The position numbers were made by a program, and so were the translations under genes. From the NCBI RefSeq assembly GCF_009914755.1, contig NC_060926.1: a stretch of DNA of 64,000 bases, one strand, 5' to 3'. Below, piece after piece: positions 13,481 to 24,680 of this stretch. The notes below the pieces were generated by a model. It did not search any database. It had not been told where the DNA came from and was given only the letters and a program-made list of their open reading frames with translations. Origin of the DNA: the human T2T-CHM13v2.0 reference genome, Homo sapiens. Position 1 is the first letter of the stretch. Every line of letters begins with the position of its first letter.

Positions 13481-14658
13481 CATCCTGATTTCTCCCTTCT
13501 CCCGACACTGGGGCCTCGTGAGACCACTTCCCCTTGTCCAGGTAGCTTCAAGTTTTTCTTCTGACAGTATAATATTATTCCAACTACAGCTATTAGAAAG
13601 ATCTGTTACATTCCAGAACTCTTCAGCTTTCCTTCAAAGTTCAGGGGTCCCAGAAAGCATTCAAAGTGTTGACACTCCTGGCCTCAGCACTCCATCCTCT
13701 GTGGTCTCAAGGGAGGTCCCAGGTGGGAAGGGATTAAAAGTCCTACTTCAGCATCAGGGAATTCCACTTCTGGTCCTCTTTTCCCACGGCCACAAAGGCC
13801 AAGAAAACACCTTTATTTCTTTGTTCCTGGGAAAATATTTCAGCACCATCAGTGTACACTTCTCTCTTCTACACCCCAGGATGTTTGGAGCCTCTTAAAG
13901 TCCCAAGGGTCAGCTGGTTCTGGCAAAACTGAGGCGTGGCTAAAGGGCAGAACTCCAGAGATCTGACGGCTTCTCGAAGCGTTGCCGATGAGTAAACACA
14001 AGTGGGCAGGGTAAGACCTAAATGTTTCCATGGACTGAGTCAAAATCTAAGAATTGCACTTTGTTCATAAGACCTCAAACTGAATCATCAGAGACAAATT
14101 TATTTTAAAATTATTTGGAATAACTCTTTATACAGTTATAGAATCATAAGCTGCTAGGACTTGTGCAAAATCTTTAATCCACCCACCTTATTCAGATTGG
14201 TTGACCAAGGCCAAGCAAGGCAAATTAACTAAATCAAGTTTCCTCACTAAAGCCAGACTCTCTGTCCCCCCAACCCCACCCACCACCTCCTCATGCAGGG
14301 ATCTGGCCTCCGTTCACACTCCTCTATGTTACACACAGGGAAGGAATCTCTGCTCTTGCCATGAGATCTGGAAACAGCTGCACAAATCCTAACTGGGGAT
14401 GCTACAGTGAACACGACTAGAAAGACTGCCTGACAACAGCAATAGCAAAATCTTACCTTCTCCCCACTCTCCCAAAGTGATTAAATGACTACAGAAGGGT
14501 GTCAGGTCATCTGAAGGCTCTTGTCTCCCTTCCCTCTTCATCCTCCTTCCCATCACCTTGAGCAAGACAAAATAAGGGGCATCTACGGACACATCTTCCA
14601 GGCAGATTTTTCTGCCTAGTAGAACCTCTCTTGTAACCAGCATCTTCTGCAGGATTAA

Positions 14659-15102
<444 letters not shown>

Positions 15103-15507
15103 TGATTCTATAATTCAGAGACAAAAGAAATACACAAGAGCTCTGTGATACATCAGAGCTTCAGGGTTCAGATTCATTATACCCCAAAGAGAAAGATCTA
15201 ACTAAGTAGAACCCCAGAGATGACTCTGACATGGGAAGTTTGATAAGTGACTCTGTCCTTATTGAGAAAAAGGCAGCTCATTCCTAAGAAGCAACAGCAC
15301 TGAGACTTTGGAGGTCCCTACATTCCTACAGGGCAGTCTATATATTCAAGGCATTAGGAAAGACAAAGGTGACTTACTAAATCTAACAGCATTTAAAAAG
15401 AAGTAGCCATAGGTCCAGCAGCAGTAGTGTCTAACATTTTTAAGTACCTGTGCTTTGTCTGAGATATCTCATTTTATCTTCAAAATAATCTTATGTAGTC
15501 ATACAAT

Positions 15508-16534
15508 TGTGGGAGGTAGAATAATGTCCCCCAGCAAAAAAAAAAAAAAAAAATGTCCACAGCCTAATCCCTGGAACCTTTAACAATGTTACCTTATATT
15601 GGCAAAAGGGACTTTGCAGATGTGGTTACGTTAATGACCTGAAGATGGGTGGCTGTAATGGATTAGATGGGTGGACCCAATGTCTTTATAAGAGTCTATA
15701 AGAGGGAGACAGGAGATTCAGAGTCAGAGAAGGAGAGGGGATGACAGAAGCAGAGGTCATAGTGATGTGGTTGCTGGCTTGAACATGGAAAGGGACCATG
15801 AGACACAGAAGGCAGGTGCCCTCTAGAAACTGGAAAACGTAAGGAAACAAATTCTTCCCTAGAGCCCCCAGAAGGAGTGTGGCCTTGTCACATGAGATTT
15901 TAACCCAGTAGATCCATTTTGGACTTCTGGCCTCTATAACTGTAAGTAAACCTTTGTTTTGTTTGGTTTTGTTTAACTTTTATTTTAAGTTCAGGGGTAC
16001 ATGTGCAGGTTTGTCATATATGTAAGTTTGTGTCCTGGGGGTTTGTTGTACAGATTATTTCATCACCCAGGTATTAAGCCTAGTACTCATTAGTTATTTT
16101 TCCTGATCCTCTCCCTCCTCCCACCCTTCACCTCCCGATAGGCCCCAATGTGTGTTGTTCCCCTTTATGTGTTCATGTGTTCTTGTCATTTTAGCTCCCA
16201 CTTATACGTGAAGACATGCGGTATTTGGTTTTCTATTCCTGCGTTAGTTTGCTAAGGATGATGCCTCCAGCTCCATGCATGTCCCTGCAAAGGACATGAT
16301 CTCATTCTTTTTTAGGGCAGCATAGTATTCCGTGGTGTATATGTACCACATTTTCTTTATCCAGCCTATCACTGATGGACACTTAGGTTGATTCCATGTC
16401 TTCACTGTTGTGAATAGTGCTGCAATGAACATACATGTGCATGTCTCTTTAGAACAGAATAAATCCGTGTTATTTTAAGCCACTAATACCAAGTTTGTGG
16501 TAATGTGTTATAACAGAGATGAGAAACTAATACA
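15508..16534 (+). mobile_element. MLT1D-like LTR, itself split by an L1
   Basis: tgtgggaggtagaataatg...ggcaaaagggactttgcagatgtg...ctagaaactggaaaa...aaactaataca, with TSD-like acaat/actat. Confidence 0.85.
15955..16455 (-). mobile_element. L1PA 3' fragment (older PA subfamily)
   Basis: T-rich tail, then ttttaagttcaggggtacatgtgcagg. ORF 16244-16432 (MFIAALFTTVKTWNQPKCPS...) is L1 ORF2p C-terminal sequence. Confidence 0.92.
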
Positions 16535-16889
16535 ACTATCATTATCCTCATTTTACAGATGAAGAGACTAAGGCACAAAGTGGTGAAACAGCTTGTCCCA
16601 AATCACACGCCCAGCAAGGCAGATTTAATTCTTGAGCCCAGGTAGTTCCACTCCAGAGCCAGGATTCTTAGCTGCTAAACTACACTGCCAACTACTAATT
16701 GAATCCACAAATTAATAAACGAACCAATGATGAAGAAGATGCTGTCTTAGAGGTTGCAGAGCTTAGAGTCGAGCTAAAAGATGATGTGTAAACAATGATA
16801 GAAATCCCACAAGGCATATAACATGGGAAAAAATACAATAATTGCCTTTGTAAAAGATTTATGATGAAAGAAAATAATCAAGGTTTGCT

Positions 16890-17468
16890 GCCGGTTATGT
16901 GCAATGGTATAGTCGCTGTGGGAAACATTTTGATGGTTCCTAAAAAGGTACCCAGAAGTTCCACTCCTTAGTACCTACCTACCAGAACTGAAGGAAAAGT
17001 ACTGAAACAAGTATTTGTACACAATGTTTATAGAAGCAATATTCACAATAGCCAAAAGGTGGAAACAGCCCAAATGTCCATCAACAGATGAATGAATAAA
17101 TGTATTTTGATATACACAAACAATGGAATATTATTCAGACATAAAAAGGGATGAAGTGCAATACTGATACATGCAACAGGGCAGATGAACCTTGAAAATA
17201 TCAAGCTAAGTGAAAGAAACCAAGCACAAAAAGACACATATTGCATTATTCTTTTCATGTGAAATATCCAGAATTAGTAAATCCATACTGACAGACATAA
17301 ATTTTTTGTTGTTGTTGCCAGAGGCTGGGGGAGAGGGGAGAGTGGGGAGCAACTCTTCAGTAGATATGGGTTTTAATCTGGGCAGTGATAAAAATGTTTT
17401 TGAATAGGATGAAGGTGGTGGTTACACAACAGTGTCACTAAATTTTTCACTTTAAAATGATTAATTTT
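16890..17468 (+). mobile_element. L1MB/L1MC-like 3' fragment (left arm of the inverted duplication lies here)
   Basis: cacaatagccaaaaggtggaaacagcccaaatgtccatcaacagatgaatg...gttgccagaggctggggga. Confidence 0.85.
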
Positions 17469-17992
17469 GGGTATATACCCAAAGGATTATAAATCATTCT
17501 ACTATAAAGACACATGCACACATATGTTTATTGCAGCACTATTCACAATAGCAAAGACTTGGAACCAACCCAAATGCCCATCAATGATAGACTGGATAAA
17601 GAAAATGTGCCACATATACACCATGGAATACTATGCAGCCATAAGAAAGAATGATTTCATGTCCTTTGCAGGGACATGGATGAAGCTGGAAGCCATCATC
17701 CTCAGCAAACTAACATAAGAACAGAAAACCAAACACTGCATGTTCTCACTTATAAGTGGGAGTTGAACAATAAGAAGACATGGATATAGGGAGGGGAACA
17801 TCACACACCAGGGCCTGTAGGGTGGTGGGGGGCAAGGGGAGGGAGAGCATTAGGACAAATACCTAATTCATGTGGGGCTTAAACCTAGATGATGGATTGA
17901 TAGGTGCAGCAAATCACCATGGCACATGTATACCGATGTAACAAACCTGCACGTTCTGCACATGTATACCAGAAGTTAGAGTAAAATTTTAA
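17469..17992 (+). mobile_element. 5'-truncated L1PA (PA7/8-like)
   Basis: ORF 17467-17718 (GIYPKDYKSFYYKDTCTHMFIAALFTIAKTWNQPKCPS) is the ORF2p C-terminus, followed by the L1PA 3'UTR. A 15-bp TSD aaaatgattaatttt lies at 17454-17468 and 17993-18007. Confidence 0.95.
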
Positions 17993-18029
17993 AAAATGAT
18001 TAATTTTATGGTAGGTGAATTTTGCCTAC

Positions 18030-18521
18030 CTCTCCCCCTTCCCCCAGCCTCTGGCAACAACAACGAAAAATCTATGTCTGTCAGTATGGATTTACTAATT
18101 CTGGATATTTCACATAAAAAGAATAATGCAGTATGTGTCTTTTTGTGCTTGGTTTCTTTCACTTAGCTTGATATTTTCAAGGTTCATCTGCCCTATTGCA
18201 TGTATCAGTATTGCACTTCATCCCTTTTTATGTCTGAATAATATTCCATTGTTGGTATATATCAAAATATGTTTATTCATTCATCTGTTGATGGACATTT
18301 GGGCTGTTTCCACCTTTTGGCTATTGTGAATATTGCTTCTATAAACATTGTGTACAAATACTTGTTTCAGTACTTTTCCTTCAGTTCTGGTAGGTAGGTA
18401 CTAAGGAGTGGAACTTCTGGGTAACTTGGTTATTCTATGTTTACCTTTTTAGGAACCATCAAAATGTTTCCCACAGCGACTATACCATTGCGCATAACTG
18501 GCAGCAAACCTTGATTATTTT
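18030..18521 (-). repeat. Inverted copy of 16871-17342
   Basis: The reverse complement aligns end to end with 16871-17342, with roughly a dozen substitutions by eye and one 20-bp indel. ORFs 17043-17258(-) and 18126-18329(+) are near-identical. Confidence 0.97.
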
Positions 18522-18596
18522 GCACGTTCTGCACATGTATCCCAGAACTTAAAGTAAAATTTTAAAAAAATGATTAATTTTATGGTAGGTGAATTT
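18521..18596 (+). repeat. Direct copy of 17948-18022 (L1PA tail, TSD and flank)
   Basis: tgcacgttctgcacatgtat...aaaatgattaattttatggtaggtgaattt occurs at both sites, with 3 substitutions and one extra A. Confidence 0.97.
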
Positions 18597-20109
18597 ATTT
18601 TTATAAAAAATAAAGGAATATTGCAAATAAAAACTATCAAGGAGGGCTTTCTAGAAGATGTAGAACTTAATCAGAGCCTCGGATGATGACTAGGATTAGG
18701 CAGGCTAGGAAGAAGTGAAATAGTAAGCAAAAATACAGAATAATTCTCCATTAATCCCATACAATAGATATTCTTGCATATCAGCAAGTTCCTGCATAGC
18801 CTGCCCCAAGTTCACCTGGCTTTGCCTTCTCCATAACTCTACCCAGCACCCAGTGACTCTATAGGAATTAACAAGAACCGCATTTACAGAAGGTTTTATA
18901 TAAATGGTGTGAAACAGAGTACTTGCTGGAGAGCAACGTACTAATATCAGAAAAACTGGAGCAAGTTCCAAATAACTGAGAAAGCCCCACAGCTCCCCAA
19001 ATGTATCTAGGGCTTGCAGGCAGAAAACACGGGTGCTTGTGCACCAGGTGACCCTGCCCAGTCCCTAGAGGCACCCACAGTTCTGCCTTGCTGCCCACCA
19101 TGACCTGCCTGGCCCTTTTCCTCCCCACCAAGTCACCAAGGATTCCGATCAAAAGCACAGGTCAGAGGTCCCAGCAAAGTGGAAAGGGCCTGGGGAAGGC
19201 TATCCCTGGAGAAGATAAAGCTGTTCCGCCTTTCTCTGGGCCACCACCCACACAGCCTTGGGGGCAAAGGAGATGTCAGTGGCCTCTCTGAAGGTAGAAA
19301 CCCCCGACTATGGTGCTGAGCTAGACTCACCTTTCTTCAGCGAGCAGAAACACGGGAGGGACCCAGGAATAAGCGAGGCCTGCCTTCAGTGCAGCCCCAC
19401 TAGGGAAGGATCTGATGAGCAGCTCTGAGGAACCCTGAGAACAACCCATGTCTCAACCCAGTTCTCTGACTCTGGGCTCCAAGTCACTTCTGTGGGAGTT
19501 TCCCCATGCTGCCATCAGTCACACCAGGGGTCTCTGGCTCCTTCCCACAAGCCTGAGCCATCACTCACAGTGGGATGGAAGGCTGGAGGTGGGGGAAGTC
19601 ATGAGATAGACTCTGTTCTGTTTACAAATTGCTTTTAGCCCTGCGGAGAGAAGTACTTCCAAATGTGAAGGTGTATGTGACTGATAGCTTTGCCTGAAAC
19701 CTACCAAGGTTAGTGACAAAGCCATTGCCCCTGCCTGAGTCCCTCATTCCTTAGGCAGAAACAGGGATCCTGGCAATATAGTCCATCTTTTCTCCAGGAA
19801 AATGCATCACGCATCCAGGCCTCAGATCTCTCCTCTGAACTCCTTCCACCTTCCATATTTGCCTACTCACTGGGGCTGGTATGTCACAGAGAGCCTTGTT
19901 ACCTTTTCCCACGTATGTCTTTCCTCTAGCTCCAGCCTGTCAATTCATCCAGGGCTAGAGCTTGTCTTATTCATCCTGAAGTCTCTCATTGAACTTGTCA
20001 CAGTGCCTGCACACCTACATGCTGGTCGAACAAATGTTGTGCATTTATATTCTTGCTCCTGTGTCAACTGCTGGCTTTTATGACCTCAAGATTTATGTAG
20101 ACATGCTTT

Positions 20110-20232
20110 TAAAATATAAGCATTTATTGCATGCCTATTGTGTGCTAGGCACAATGCTGTGTGCTTTATATACACTTTCTCCAACCCTTCTAACTACCCT
20201 GCAAAGTGAGTATTCTATCCTCAAGGGAAAAG
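20110..20232 (-). mobile_element. MIR 3' fragment
   Basis: catttattgcatgcctattgtgtgctaggcacaatgctgtgtgctttata. Confidence 0.65.
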
Positions 20233-20514
20233 TTAAGGGCCATGGCCATCTCTACATCCTCTGCTCATTTTCTCTCCAAGCCACACCAACTGATTTCCAC
20301 TTCCTCCTACCACTCCACAAAAATGGCTTTTTCTGCTGTTGCCTATAACCTCTATGTTATATCTGACCATGCGGACCACCCCCTCCATCTTGAAGATTCT
20401 TCTCTTTGTTTTCTTGACATCACACTCCTGGCTTCCTCTGGCTGCTCTCTCTCTCTCTACCTTCTGACTCTCCTGGCTACTCCCCTCCAGGCTCCACAGG
20501 GATTAAGGGAAAAA

Positions 20515-20720
20515 GTTTTGTAGCCAGATTGCTGAGTTCATACCCTGAGCTCCCCCATCTACTAACAGTGACTTCAGCAAATATTTAATCTCTCATGACT
20601 CAGTTTACTTCATAGGGTTGCGGTAAAAATAAAAGGATACATGCAGCACAACTAGAACAACGCCCAACACATAGTGAGCCCTCTATTAGAGCTAGCTCCT
20701 TTTATTATCACTATTACTAC
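20515..20720 (+). mobile_element. MIR SINE
   Basis: agccagattgctgagttc...ctcagttt...catagggttg...gcccaacacatagtgagccctc...tattatcactatt. Confidence 0.75.
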
Positions 20721-21514
20721 AGTAACCTATTATTACTCTTTCTCTAAGTGGAGAAGTTCCTCGGAGCCTTCTGATCCTCTTCTCATCTTGCTCTCGCCTA
20801 AGGCAACCTCATTCATCTCCATGACTTTCAATGTCATCTATATGTTGGCATCTCCAAATTCATATCTCAGACTCAGATCTCATTTAAGCTCCAGACTCAT
20901 TTATCCAATCGCCTACTTGACACATCCATTTGGATGTCTCACAGGCATCTCAATTGACGTGTCTAAAACAGAACTTCCTTCCCCTGGCCGCTCCTCGGTC
21001 TTCTTTATCACAGACAATGGCACCATCATCCGCTGGTGACATAAGTAAGAAGCCAAGGAATCATCCTTGACACTTCTCTTTCTCTTACCGCCCATATCGA
21101 ATCCATTACCACAAACTTCCCATTTCACCTCCAGGATATCTCTCTTACTTCCATTCTCTTTTCTACATTTCTATCACCATCATGCCAGTCCAGGTTGTAG
21201 GTGTCTCTGTGTCATCTCTAAACCCTCCATTCCTTTCCTCACATGCAATCATGAAGAGGTGGTGGTGCTTTTAGTTTTTAAGATAAGTCAAACTATAAAG
21301 TCGATCTCTGCTGAAAACCCTCCCATTGCTTCCCATTGTCTATACAAGAAAATCAAATTTTTGCAGTGGCCCTCAAGGCTGTTCAACACCCGGACCTTCC
21401 CACGGCTCCAGCCTCACCTTGCCACCTTCTTCCTGGCTGAAGCTACCCCACAATCCCAGGACTGCCATCCTTCCTTTCCTTCAGGGATTCAGCAGGTTGC
21501 TCTTCCTACATCCT

Positions 21515-21995
21515 GCTATCTTAACCCTTTGCATGCTCTGGACTTCTTTGGCCGCCTGGTGAAACCTATGGAACCCTGCTCAGAGTGTTTTTTAATGTGT
21601 AAAATAAAATGCATAGGATTATAAAAAATATATCAAAATACAGCTGCATCTGTGAGGTACCACTTTGGTGGAGGATTTTGATAGGAGAGGAAGCCATGCA
21701 TCTGTAGAGGGCAGGAGATATTTGGGAAATCTCTGTATCTTCTGCTCAATTTTGCGGTGGACCTAAAACTGCTCTAAAAATAGTCTATTAAAAATATATT
21801 TGCCATATAGTAACAATATATGTGCTTCTTTATCAGTGCATTTGCTGACAAGATCTTGCAAAGGTGCCAGTAACTACCATAATTTCAGCGAACATGATAT
21901 GAAAACAGCTGTGATCTCTATTGGTGACCAGCTCACAGCCACCACTAACACTACACTGTGAAATAAAGTGGAATTCCCCTGCAGTTGAGAGCCTT
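21515..21995. mobile_element. hAT-Charlie relic (Charlie18a-like), split by an L1MC 3' fragment at ~21655-21795
   Basis: tcttaaccctttg...ctggtgaaacctatgga...aaaataaaatgcataggatt. The insert ends gggaaatctctgta...cctaaaactgctctaaaaa, as in the L1MC 3' end. Confidence 0.65.
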
Positions 21996-22669
21996 GTTTG
22001 TACAAAGAAAACTCTCCTCCAACATTCTTCCCCTGAATAGCTCCTATTCATCCTGCAGCACCAGAATGAGCTTCTTTGACACCCACCCCCTACCCCGCAA
22101 TTAAGTGAGGAACCTCTTCCCTGTTATCCTCTCTCATCAAATCTAATTTTTACAACTCAATTTGTCTCCAGTTGTAATTACATATGCTTTTGTTTGCATG
22201 ATTAGGATCTTTCAGTGTCACAAGATTGAAAGCTTCCATGAGGGCTGGAACCATGGTCACCCTGTTTAGTGCAGGAAATGATTTAATGAATGAGTGAATA
22301 AATGACTTTGCCTATCACTGGTAAGCAGTGGAGCATGGCTACAAGAAACCCATCTGTCTAACGCCATAGCTTTAATTCTTTTGCTGTGTCATATTGAATG
22401 AAACTTATTAAGAGATGATTTCTGCTGCACACGTGTACCTTCTAGTACCATCTTCCACCGATGTCTCTACTTAACAGAAAAGTTGTCTACATAATTTTGT
22501 TCGTCTTGGCCCTCAGGAAGGCTACTTTTACAAAAAATGTTTATATTTACAATGGTAGCTTTTGCTGAAAACTGACAGTGAAAAATTGGGTTCACATTTT
22601 TAACTTACTTCATTTTTGGAAAATTTTAAATGACTTTAGATATATTCAGGGTTTAAGAAATAGAAAGAC

Positions 22670-22830
22670 AATGATGATGATGGTGATGATGATGAGCAAT
22701 TATTGAGTGTTCTAAGCACTTTTCATACATTATCTCATTTAATCTTAAATGTGAAGTGTTCCTACTTCATAATTTAGAAAAGTGAGGCATAGATAGATGA
22801 TGATCTCAAGCAGAAATCTATGCCTTCCAC
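22670..22830 (-). mobile_element. MIR with (GAT)n tail
   Basis: gatgatgatg...tattgagtgttctaagcacttttcatacattatctcatttaatc. Confidence 0.7.
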
Positions 22831-23943
22831 CACCACACATAATGATTTTAAGATTTTCTTCCCCTGCCCCAAGACCCTGGGATTAGATAACTATTTGAAA
22901 ACTAAGAATTCTTTATGCAAATAGATTCTTAAGGGGTAACACCTTAATCTATTCCCCTCAACTAATACACTACCCAAAATTAGTTGATCATCAAATCAAC
23001 TAGTCTTCCACCTTAGAAATCACAAAGAAATTATATCAGTTCAAAGTTCAAGACTCAAAACCCTTCCTGGGAGACAGGGGTTATCACATTAAGGAGCCCA
23101 GAGTAGCAGACATGGGAGTGGAAGGACAAGTAGAGAAAGAATCATAGATCAAGGTACCAGATCCCAGCTCAGAAGAGCCAGACCTTAAAAATCATTTCTG
23201 GGTTGGGTTAGTTTTAAGGCTAGGTCAATATTAGAGTTTGAATCTGTATTGGCAAAACTTAGTAATACTTAATGTAGGGTCAAGGTTAGGGTTAGAATTA
23301 GACTGCAGGTTAGGGTGAGAATCTTATTCACAATAAAGCATGGTGCCTAAGTTCCAGTTAGGGCCTGGACTTCTAGATCGACCTTAGGGTTAGGTTATGT
23401 TTTAGAAGCTGTTGACATTTGTTTTAGAGCTATTATCAGAGTCCAGGTCAGCATCAGGAAAATGGGTTGGAGATTCAATCGAAAGAACTATTTAGGTCTA
23501 AATTCAGATTGTGAGGAATAGAATACTTTCCAGTTGCTGACAAAACCCTGGGTAAGGATCTGTGCTCTGCCTATGGTCTTGGTAGAGATATGACACAGGT
23601 CTGAGTGTGTTGGCAAGATGTAGCTGGGAGTCTGGGAGTGTATCTGATAGAGATGTTTCCATCCACCTAGAGAGTAACTGTGGACACAGCGACCACCCAG
23701 AGCAGCTTTCGCCCCTGCATCCCTGGTACTGCCTGTGGCTATGAACATGCCAGGGTTTCACACCCTCTACTACCTTGGAGTCCTGTGAACCCAGCCCTTC
23801 CACCCTGGCTTACTCACGCTTCCTACACTCCCATCAGCAGCCTTGATCCCTCAGAGAAAGTGAGGGGATGCCCTGCCCTCTAATGAAACCAGCTTATCAG
23901 GCCTTAGTCAAAGTCTTAAGAGAAAGGCTTGCTTATTCCACTG

Positions 23944-23945
<2 letters not shown>

Positions 23946-23987
<42 letters not shown>
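23946..23987 (+). repeat. Poly(A) tract, 42 nt
   Basis: Uninterrupted A run seen directly. Confidence 0.95.
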
Positions 23988-23988
<1 letters not shown>

Positions 23989-24286
23989 AAGAAATTGCTC
24001 TGATTCCTTCAAACCCAATGCAAGGAACAGGTCCAGGCCTGGATGGAATCTGTGAGCTCTCTCCTCTATGCCCCAAGACACCACCTCCTCTACACTTCAG
24101 TCCCTGCCCCAAACAGCCCCAGTCATCCATCATTCTAGCTAATGGAAAATGCTCAGGACAGTGCTGGCCTCAACCCAGATACCACAGCTCTCGCTCCTCC
24201 AGTGGTGGTGGGTGGACATTGTCTAGAGCAAACAGCAAAGGAAGCTCTTGAGTGGAATTCTCAGCAAAGGTGAGATTATAGGGATC

Positions 24287-24680
24287 TGATATGGTTTGCA
24301 TTTGTGTCCCCACCCAAATCTCATGTCATATTGGAGGAGGGGCCTGGCTGGGGGTGATTGGATCGTAAGGGCAGATTTCCCCCTTGATGGTCTCATGATA
24401 GTGAGTGGGTTCTCACAAGATCTGATGGTTTAAAGTGGGTGGCACTTCCCAATTCGTGCTTTCTCTTTATTTCTCTCTCTGTCTCTCTTTCTCCTGCTCC
24501 ATCATGGTAAGATGTGCTTCCTTCCCTGTCACCTTCTGCCATGATTATAAGTTTCCTGAGACCTCCCAGTCATGCTTCCAGTCAAGCCTACAGAACTGTG
24601 AGTCAATTAAACCTCTTTTCTTCATAAATTACCCAGTCTCAGGTAGTTCTTTATAGCAGTGTGAAAATGGACTTAATACA
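24287..24680 (+). mobile_element. MSTA/MSTB-like MaLR solo LTR
   Basis: tgatatggtttgc...cccaaatctcatg...attaaacctcttttcttcataaattacccagtctcagg...aataca, with TSD ggatc/gaatc. Confidence 0.92.

Larger units (their letters stand above)
15425..16690 (-). mobile_element. MIR SINE split by MLT1D (pieces ~15425-15507 and ~16535-16690)
   Basis: The left piece has the tail (tatctcattttatcttcaaaataatcttatgtag). The right piece has the core (attatcctcattttacagatgaagagactaaggcaca). Confidence 0.75.
20240..22305 (+). mobile_element. Fragmented L2, interrupted by MIR, Charlie and L1
   Basis: actccaca...gaccaccccctcc, atgactttcaatgtcatctatatg...ggatgtctcacaggcatctcaa, and a tail aagcttccatgagggc...aatgaatgagtgaataaatga. 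Confidence 0.75.

Noticed and set aside
13248-13898. Longest ORF in the window (216 aa)
   Set aside because: It starts at a non-ATG codon, overlaps an L2 relic, and gives a Pro/Ser/Leu-rich peptide with no recognisable domain. Most likely a chance ORF.
17043-18329. Two near-identical small ORFs on opposite strands, suggesting a paralogous gene pair
   Set aside because: Both are antisense L1 translations, duplicated by the inverted repeat.
16871-18521. Inverted arms as terminal inverted repeats of a new DNA transposon, or as L1 twin priming
   Set aside because: The arms are old L1 sequence with no transposase and no flanking TSD. The L1PA has its own intact TSDs, and the inverted piece lies outside them.
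21067-21624. 185-aa ORF
   Set aside because: It runs across L2 and Charlie relics, with no sign of a conserved protein.
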